Assembly (NCBI GenBank): GCA_043718025.1
Contig: JAYSWN010000052.1
Coordinates: forward strand, 1 to 13,774
Direction of reading: 5' to 3'
Length of the DNA: 13,774 bases
From: Pseudomonadota bacterium
GTDB lineage: Bacteria; Bdellovibrionota; FAC87; UBA2466
This document shows positions 8,410 to 13,774 of this stretch, one piece after another. The notes under the pieces are model-generated. The model was not told the origin of the DNA and made no database searches. It worked only from the letters and a program-made list of their open reading frames with translations. Made by a program: the position numbers and the translations under genes. Within the stretch, counting starts at the first letter, position 1. The number at the start of each line of letters is the position of its first letter.

Positions 8410-8700
8410 TTAGGGCTGCCCGTTTCTAATCACGCCGCTGATGTGCTCTAAAATTTGGGGATTAGTGAACGGGTCATCTGACTTTTCATCGCCAGTGCTC
8501 TGACCATTGCTGCCCACGTCGCCTTCGTCGCTCTCGGTATCTTGACCTTGACCATTGCCACCGACATCGCCGCGAGGAGACCCGCCATCAATTCCTTGAC
8601 CGTTACCCCCGACATCGCCGCGCCCATCGGACGCCAGTAGCGGCGAAGCGGAAAATAGAAATGCGGCTAAGGCGGTCAACATTAGACTACGGATCTTCAT
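8410..8700 (-). CDS. Small secreted Gly/Asp-rich repeat protein (96 aa; signal peptide plus 3x GDVG[G/S]NGQ)
   Basis: SD GAGGAG, ATGA overlap with the upstream gene's stop, Sec-type signal MKIRSLMLTALAAFLFSASPLLA. The repeat copies differ mainly at synonymous positions, which supports real coding status. Confidence 0.85.
   Translation of the reverse strand: MKIRSLMLTALAAFLFSASPLLASDGRGDVGGNGQGIDGGSPRGDVGGNGQGQDTESDEGDVGSNGQSTGDEKSDDPFTNPQILEHISGVIRNGQP
8500..8619 (-). repeat. Three 24-bp coding repeat cores at an exact 48-bp period (8596-8619, 8548-8571, 8500-8523)
   Basis: GGCGATGTCGGGGGTAACGGTCAA / GGCGATGTCGGTGGCAATGGTCAA / GGCGACGTGGGCAGCAATGGTCAG, encoding GDVGGNGQ / GDVGGNGQ / GDVGSNGQ. 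Confidence 0.92.
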
Positions 8701-9536
8701 GATTTCTCCTCGGTATGGGCAAAAAATTGAATATTCAGCTGATAGATCTCAGCCGCTTCTTCTTTGGAAAACTGAGCGTCAAACTCGTCACGAAATTGGC
8801 GGATGCGCTTCTTAGCTTCAGCAAGGTCTGTCGCGCGAATACGCAAAGTCATTGAGGTGATCTCTCGCTTTTCAACCGGCTGCTCTTCAAGCGCTTCCGT
8901 GGCGCGCTTCATCATCTGGGCGTGGTGCATTCGCAAAGCGTTGCTGGGCACGTCAGACGGAGTGATGATTGCCGGTTGGCGAACGGAGTAACCGCCATTT
9001 TCCTTTTGCAGGTAACCGAAGTAGCAGAGACGAATCAGTGCCTCTTTGATCTTTTCGGTGGGCACCTTTTTGCGTAACAGTAGGTGAAGGTTTTCGGCGC
9101 TGGCATCAACTCCCGGGATCTGCACAACCTGGCGAATGACGAAGTAATACCACTGAAAAATCTGGGCGAAGTCTGCCATATCGACGGCGTGTCGCTCGAT
9201 CGGAACTGGTTTTAGCCCCACCATCTCGCTATCCAGGCGTTGGCTGTCGCCGCCGAGGCGGTTGGTCTGCGCTTTTTCAACTAGTAGTTCAAGATAGCGG
9301 CGCTCAGAAGGAGTGTGCAGTAATCGACGGGCCAGACGATCGATCATGAGTTTACTCGGCAAACGGCTGCCCGCGAGCACCATGCCGATGCTTCGCGGCG
9401 ATCGGTAGCCCAAAACTCGGGAAAGGTAGCCTGCACAGCCTCTCTTGGCCGAAAGTCGGGGCGCAAGTTGAGCCGACGCCGCCGACAGAAACGCAGGGAA
9501 CTCTTTGTATTCAAATATGTTAAAAGGCTTTTCCAC
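8697..9536 (-). CDS. TIGR02147-family protein (N-terminal HTH-like region, C-terminal DUF4423), putative transcriptional regulator, ~279 aa
   Basis: Family hallmarks: NIFEY..F..FL start, LSRVLGYRSPRSIGMVLAGSR HTH-like segment, ERRYLELLV, QWYYFVIRQ, LRMHHAQMMKRATEALEEQPVEKREITSMTL, AKKRIRQFRDEF, IYQLNIQFF. GTG 9536 lies 6 nt after AAGG and downstream of a promoter, so it is preferred over the track start at 9698. Confidence 0.88.
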   Translation of the reverse strand: MEKPFNIFEYKEFPAFLSAASAQLAPRLSAKRGCAGYLSRVLGYRSPRSIGMVLAGSRLPSKLMIDRLARRLLHTPSERRYLELLVEKAQTNRLGGDSQRLDSEMVGLKPVPIERHAVDMADFAQIFQWYYFVIRQVVQIPGVDASAENLHLLLRKKVPTEKIKEALIRLCYFGYLQKENGGYSVRQPAIITPSDVPSNALRMHHAQMMKRATEALEEQPVEKREITSMTLRIRATDLAEAKKRIRQFRDEFDAQFSKEEAAEIYQLNIQFFAHTEEKS

Positions 9537-9558
9537 TTCCACCCTTGTTGCGCTGCGT

Positions 9559-9587
9559 AATTTAGCAAAAATCAAAATTTGATGCAA
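9559..9587 (-). promoter_or_regulatory. Putative sigma70-type promoter of the TIGR02147 gene
   Basis: The minus strand reads TTGCAT (9587-9582), a 17-nt spacer, then TAAATT (9564-9559) with an extended -10 TG, ending 22 nt before GTG 9536. The near-palindrome ATCAAAATTTGAT (9571-9583) overlaps the spacer and the -35 edge. Confidence 0.6.
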
Positions 9588-9884
9588 ATGGTTACCAACG
9601 GGGCAACGATATTTGTCTGGGCAGAGGTGGTGCTTTGGCGGTTTCTGGGCACGCAGCGTGCGGAATTTTGAAAAGAGTGGTGTGTTCCTGGTAACCACGA
9701 CGGTTTTTGGGCCGCTATAAGGGGGGTGGGCCCGATTAGTTCTTTAGGAAGGTCGCCGGTCTGTTCGACGAAATCTTTTTGTGCTCTTGAGAATAGGGTG
9801 TTGATTTCAATAGAGTTGTGGGCGTTTTTGCTCCCCGTGAGAGCGCCCATATAAACAGAGAGAAGGTAGTCCGGCAGGCAGCAA

Positions 9885-9904
9885 CCCGATTGAAAAACAT
9901 CGGG
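9885..9904 (-). terminator. Hairpin just after the AMIN-like gene stop; possible weak terminator
   Basis: CCCGAT-N8-ATCGGG perfect 6-bp stem 1 nt after the TAG at 9906-9908. The U-tract is poor (TTGCTG). Confidence 0.35.
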
Positions 9905-9905
9905 C

Positions 9906-10451
9906 CTATTTCATTTCTAGCACCAGCTGGTTTTCAGCATGGCGCGGGTGGTAGGGCGAGACCAGCGCCTCTCTGGATAAAATCATTTCAATTCCCATGT
10001 CGCCATCCTCGATCGACGGGTAGGGAATAATCTCTTTTACAAAACGACTCTTTTTTAGGCTTTTGGCAAGACCTGCCGCTTCGAGTTGACTGCTGCGAAT
10101 TCCTCTTAACAAAATGAAAACCTTCGGGGGTTCAGTGTAGACCACCGTGCCGTCGCTGCGTTGAAAGCTTTCGGCTTTTACCACTTTGACCTGAAACTCA
10201 GGAGCCAGCCGGATAGCCTTTTTTGTCACCGGATCGGTGAAATCGAAGGTCCACCTTTCACCGCCTTCGGAAGGCAGCAGATCGCGCCGCAATCCTTTTA
10301 AACTGGCGGCTTCACCGCTACCGCCCCTAAAAACACCTTCGCTACGAAAGACTCCCGTCGCCATGCGGGGCATGGTGAGAATTTCGGCGGTTTCGGGCAT
10401 GGCCATGAGCGGCACGACGAAAACAAGGGCGGTAAATAAGATCGATGTCAT
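9906..10451 (-). CDS. Exported hypothetical protein, AMIN-like envelope domain (181 aa)
   Basis: Hydrophobic N-terminal signal. Pattern LKGLRR...ERWTFDF...PPKVFILL...VKEI...QLVLEMK resembles AMIN-type beta domains. Begins 4 bp after the mutY stop. Domain call is by eye. Confidence 0.5.
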   Translation of the reverse strand: MTSILFTALVFVVPLMAMPETAEILTMPRMATGVFRSEGVFRGGSGEAASLKGLRRDLLPSEGGERWTFDFTDPVTKKAIRLAPEFQVKVVKAESFQRSDGTVVYTEPPKVFILLRGIRSSQLEAAGLAKSLKKSRFVKEIIPYPSIEDGDMGIEMILSREALVSPYHPRHAENQLVLEMK

Positions 10452-10455
10452 CTGC

Positions 10456-11511
10456 TTATTCTAACATGAGGACTTTGCGCGCCAGCGAGGAGAGGGGGAG
10501 GTCGAAAATGGTGCGCCGTGAGAACCACTGGCCCTTCACCGAAATTTTGAGAGACGAAGATCGGGAAGTGACCGGCAACGAAATGCCGGTAACGTGGAGG
10601 CGGTGGTGGGTGACCGCGTGTCGCTTGACGCCGAGACGTCTTGTGCCGTCAGCCAGCAAAATCTCTTCTGCCTTGTCATTGAGCTCCCCCTGCTTACTAA
10701 AGACGTGGCGGGGCAGATCCCACAAATTTTCCCACCACTCGCCGGTGGCGTTGCGGGCCAGAAAAATGGAGTCACCTTTTTCGTAGCGAAGGGCTAGCCA
10801 GTAAAGATCCACCTTTTCCCGTTTTGGTTTTCGCACCGGAAGGGTTTCGGTGATTCCTTTTTTTAATGCCTGGCAAGTGCCGGCCACTGGGCAAAAATCA
10901 CAGCGCGGTTTGCCCTTCACGCAAACGGTGGAACCTAACTCCATCAGCGCTTGGTTTAACGCCCGCGGGCTTTGGCTTTCATCGACCCAAGCCTGGGCCT
11001 TAGTCCAAAAAAAAGCCTGTGACTTTTTTGTTTCGATGGCATCGGGCCAGGCGTAGTAGCGGGCGAAAACACGCTGCACGTTGCCGTCGACAAGGGGCAC
11101 GCGAAGATCGAACGCAATACTTAGGATGGCGCCGGCGGTGTAGGGGCCTATGCCCGGCGTGAGCAGCAAAAGTTCGCGGTCTTTGGGAAACACCGCCCCG
11201 TGATTTTTTAATATGTATTGAGCCCCCTTCTGCAAGTTTTTTGCCCGGGAATAATAACCTAGGCCCGACCAAAGAGAGAGCACAGTGTCGGTAGGCGCCG
11301 CCGCCAAAATTTTAAGCGTTGGTAACCGCTTCAAAAACTTTTCGTAATAGGGAATCACGGTGGCGACCTGGGTTTGTTGCAGCATCACTTCGGAAATCCA
11401 GATCGAGTAGGGGTCTTGAGTTTTTCGCCAGGGGAGGGGGCGGTGGCTTTTTACAAACCATGACTCCAGCCGCTTTACTTCATTCGAGGTTATAGTTTTT
11501 TGCCGGCCCAT
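10456..11511 (-). CDS. mutY: A/G-specific adenine glycosylase MutY
   Basis: RPLPWRKTQDPYSIWISEVMLQQTQVATVIPYY, WSGLGYYSRAKNL, HhH PGIGPYTAGAI, VDGNVQRV, NQALMELGS and the [4Fe-4S] motif C-x6-C-x2-C-x5-C (CVKGKPRCDFCPVAGTC). C-terminal MutT-like domain (HAVTHHRL). Confidence 0.96.
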   Translation of the reverse strand: MGRQKTITSNEVKRLESWFVKSHRPLPWRKTQDPYSIWISEVMLQQTQVATVIPYYEKFLKRLPTLKILAAAPTDTVLSLWSGLGYYSRAKNLQKGAQYILKNHGAVFPKDRELLLLTPGIGPYTAGAILSIAFDLRVPLVDGNVQRVFARYYAWPDAIETKKSQAFFWTKAQAWVDESQSPRALNQALMELGSTVCVKGKPRCDFCPVAGTCQALKKGITETLPVRKPKREKVDLYWLALRYEKGDSIFLARNATGEWWENLWDLPRHVFSKQGELNDKAEEILLADGTRRLGVKRHAVTHHRLHVTGISLPVTSRSSSLKISVKGQWFSRRTIFDLPLSSLARKVLMLE

Positions 11512-11517
11512 AAAAAG

Positions 11518-12726
11518 TTAAGTTGGTTCGCGCCACCCCGATTTATCACTCTGTTTTATCCACATGCCGCGTGGTTTCAAGTGGGCAAAAAAATCTAAGG
11601 GTGAAAAAATTTTTTCCGGAGGTAGGGCCCCTCTGGCCGCGGTTTTTCCCTCGGCAATTAGGCGAACGGCGATAGCCGGTGGGCAGCCGGTATTGGCATC
11701 GGAGCCGACTCCCCATTTGGCTATGCCGGTGGTGTGGCAGTCAATTACTACCGTGCATTTGCTGCGGTTGCGGTAGCCTTTGACAATGGCGCGTACGATC
11801 TCATGTTGCTTTACGGGGCCTACCCGTTTCGCCGGTTTTTGCGACATGGCCACTTTGTCGGTGAGCAAAAGCGGCGAAATTTTGGTGCCGTGAACGGTAA
11901 TTGGCTCTTCTTGCGCCAACCCCAAGTCGCGCAAGAAACGCACCTTGGTGACGAAATCGTCGTCAAACGCGATCTTAAACGAAACCTCTTTCACTCCCTT
12001 GTCGCGGAAGCTCTGAGGCAGCGTTGCTAACTCGGAGTGCAGGGTGAAGAAAGGGCGGCGTAAACCCACCGGGCGGGGAAACGCGAACGGGTTGGCACCG
12101 CTCATCGGCTCTACGAAGGTAAGCTTGCCATTAGTATAGAGCGCCGGCGCTTTGCTAAATTCTTCTAGAATGGTTTTGAGCGAATACGAAATTGGTAGCG
12201 CCGGCAACGATTCATAGCGGGTGGCGTCTTTCGAACCCAGTCGAATATGAATCTCAGTGACCTCATCCAGCTGGTGGGCTGCGTGTGCCGCTAATAAATT
12301 GGTGATGCCGGGCGAGGCGCCCATGCCGAGTACCGCGATGATACCCGCCTGCTTAAAACGCAGGTGAAGCTTCAATTGCTGTTTGGTCATATGAAAGAGC
12401 CCGCCCAAATCAACGTAGTGGCAGCGCGCCTTTAACGCTGCGTCCATTACGTTGAGATTGAAGGCGTAAGGGCAGCAATTGATGACGGCAAAGGCGCCGT
12501 GCAGCGCAGTGGTTAGCGATTCTTTTTTTGTAACGTCGATAAAGCAGAACTTTGGCGTCTTTAATTCTTTTGCAAGGGCTTGGGCTTTGGCTTGGTCGTA
12601 GTCGGCGACGATGACCTGGGCTTCGGGCCAAAACTCCACCAAATCGCGCACCGCGATTCGCCCCATGGCCCCGGCTCCTCCGGCCACCACCACTCGGAAA
12701 GATTGTTCGGCAGTTGGCTTGTTCAT
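11518..12726 (-). CDS. Saccharopine dehydrogenase-family NAD(P)-dependent oxidoreductase (lysine 6-dehydrogenase / carboxynorspermidine dehydrogenase-like)
   Basis: Rossmann VVAGGAGAMG...VADYD, VINCCPY, HYVDLGG, GMGASPGITNL, HSELATLP and C-terminal GALPPE motifs. Confidence 0.85.
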   Translation of the reverse strand: MNKPTAEQSFRVVVAGGAGAMGRIAVRDLVEFWPEAQVIVADYDQAKAQALAKELKTPKFCFIDVTKKESLTTALHGAFAVINCCPYAFNLNVMDAALKARCHYVDLGGLFHMTKQQLKLHLRFKQAGIIAVLGMGASPGITNLLAAHAAHQLDEVTEIHIRLGSKDATRYESLPALPISYSLKTILEEFSKAPALYTNGKLTFVEPMSGANPFAFPRPVGLRRPFFTLHSELATLPQSFRDKGVKEVSFKIAFDDDFVTKVRFLRDLGLAQEEPITVHGTKISPLLLTDKVAMSQKPAKRVGPVKQHEIVRAIVKGYRNRSKCTVVIDCHTTGIAKWGVGSDANTGCPPAIAVRLIAEGKTAARGALPPEKIFSPLDFFAHLKPRGMWIKQSDKSGWREPT

Positions 12727-12728
12727 AA

Positions 12729-13774
12729 TCAGTGCTCAGTTGGCAGCGGGCGGTTTTTGTAGGGGAACCAGTAATTCTTGGCTTCCATCACGTAGTCTAA
12801 ATGGACATGCTTAGATTCGCGGAAGGCGTTTAGTCCGTCTTCGCCCAGCTCGCGGCCGATCCCGCTCCAGCGCATTCCGCCGAAAGGGGCGGCGTCATTA
12901 TCGGTAAGCGGATCGTTGATCCAAAATGTGCCCGCTTTAATCTCTTCCATGGCCTTCATCGCGTAATCCATGCGGTTGGTGTAAATCGAGGCTCCCAAGC
13001 CGAATTTAGAGTCGTTAGCCAATTCAATGGCGTGGTGAACATCATCAGCGACGATTAGCGAAATCACCGGACCAAAAATCTCTTCGGTGCACGGTAGCGA
13101 GCCGTGCTTTACGTTGGTGAGAATGGTGGGCTCAAAGAAAAAACCTTTGCCTTTTATCACGGCGCGTTTGCCGCCCAACAAGAGTTCTGCCCCTTCTTCG
13201 CAGGCGGCCTTCACCTGAGACTCCACCTTTTCTAATGCCTCTTTGCTAATGAGCGGCCCCATGTCGGTGGATTTGTCGGCAGGGTTGCCCATTTGCACGG
13301 TTTTTACGTGCTTCACCAGCCGTTCGGTAAATTCCTTGGCAATCGACTTCACGAGATAAATTCGCTTTGCCGAAGTGCAGACCTGCCCCGCGTTGAGCAG
13401 CCGAGCCCAAGCCACCCCGCGAACCGCCACGTTGAGATCGGCATCTTCGCACACGATAAACGGATCGATGCCGCCCATCTCGAGGTTAACTTTCTTTAGG
13501 TCCTGTCCGGCTATCGCGGCGATCTTTCGGCCCGCGGCGGTAGATCCGGTGAAAGCGATCAGATCGACGTCGGGATGTCGCACCAACGCCTCCCCCGTCA
13601 CCGCATCTCCGGTAATTACGTTGAGCACCCCCGCGGGCAGACAAGAAAACGCCTTGCTCATTAGTAGCGTTGACAGCGGGTTTTGGTGCGGCGGTTTGCA
13701 CACTACCGTGTTGCCCGCCGCAATCGCCGGGGCCAGTTTCCAGGATAAGAGAAGAAGCGGGAAATTAAAGGGCA
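12729..13774 (-). CDS. NAD-dependent aldehyde dehydrogenase (betaine/amino-aldehyde-like); 5' part lies outside the window
   Basis: The frame stays open to the window edge (PFNFPLLLLSWKLAPAIAAGNTVVCKP). Motifs FTGSTAAG, LEMGG (catalytic Glu), NAGQVCT (catalytic Cys), EEIFGPV, PFGGMRWSGIGRELG. Confidence 0.95.
   Translation of the reverse strand, partial: PFNFPLLLLSWKLAPAIAAGNTVVCKPPHQNPLSTLLMSKAFSCLPAGVLNVITGDAVTGEALVRHPDVDLIAFTGSTAAGRKIAAIAGQDLKKVNLEMGGIDPFIVCEDADLNVAVRGVAWARLLNAGQVCTSAKRIYLVKSIAKEFTERLVKHVKTVQMGNPADKSTDMGPLISKEALEKVESQVKAACEEGAELLLGGKRAVIKGKGFFFEPTILTNVKHGSLPCTEEIFGPVISLIVADDVHHAIELANDSKFGLGASIYTNRMDYAMKAMEEIKAGTFWINDPLTDNDAAPFGGMRWSGIGRELGEDGLNAFRESKHVHLDYVMEAKNYWFPYKNRPLPTEH

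Noticed and set aside
8500..8619. 48-bp-period repeats as a mini CRISPR array
   Set aside because: The copies are in frame within a signal-peptide ORF, diverge at third codon positions and are not palindromic, and no cas genes are present.
8545..8622. RGD integrin-binding motifs, RTX nonapeptide or ice-nucleation 16-mer interpretation of the repeat protein
   Set aside because: The third copy has EGD, so the Arg is not part of the conserved core. GGNGQG does not match RTX GGxGxDxL, and only the period, not the sequence, matches ice-nucleation repeats.
9584..9598. Sigma54-like TGGTAACCATTTGC on the minus strand
   Set aside because: The GG-to-GC spacing is 9 nt, whereas sigma54 promoters require 10.
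9537..9698. 54-aa N-terminal extension of the TIGR02147 ORF in the track
   Set aside because: Family-like sequence begins at VEKPFNIFEY, and the extension overlaps the predicted promoter and SD.
9572..9850. 92-aa minus-strand ORF (and the 70-aa plus-strand ORF at 9818-10030)
   Set aside because: No recognisable motif or convincing SD, and they overlap promoter or hairpin elements or a real gene. Probably spurious.
9863..9887. AAGGTAGTCCGGCAGGCAGCAACCC resembles the SRP (4.5S) RNA domain IV core
   Set aside because: The loop GGCA is not GNRA, the conserved CAGG of the internal loop is missing, and no long flanking stem is evident. An Rfam scan would settle it.
3724..11511. Nudix plus MutY as a clustered 8-oxoG (GO) repair system
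   Set aside because: The genes are over 6 kb apart on opposite strands, and nothing identifies the Nudix protein as MutT.
526..13701. Many short antisense or alternate-frame ORFs in the track (e.g. 739-1026, 3465-3953, 4686-5081, 6713-7075, 10445-10786)
   Set aside because: They lie within or across well-supported genes and show no recognisable motifs, as expected for shadow ORFs.

Overview
Gene-dense bacterial chromosomal window, about 50% GC, with almost all genes on the minus strand. The TIGR02147/DUF4423-type gene, hybrid MaeB and SecD style suggest a Bdellovibrionota/deltaproteobacterium-like host (inference). In transcription order from the right end: (1) a tightly packed unit of aldehyde dehydrogenase (5'-truncated), saccharopine/lysine-dehydrogenase-family oxidoreductase, mutY and an exported AMIN-like protein; (2) a ~370-bp structured intergenic region with a good sigma70-type promoter; (3) a TIGR02147-family putative HTH regulator overlapping (ATGA) a small secreted protein with three GDVG[G/S]NGQ repeats at an exact 16-aa period; (4) maeB, an exported stand-alone C39 peptidase, a secreted M35/aspzincin-like protein whose HExxH motif reads HExxR, and a DUF1653 protein; (5) a plus-strand Nudix hydrolase; (6) the tgt-yajC-secD-secF operon (secF 3'-truncated). 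No rRNA, tRNA, CRISPR array or mobile element was seen. The best candidate for an undescribed system is the regulator plus repeat-peptide cassette, possibly linked to the downstream exported peptidases; that link is speculative.
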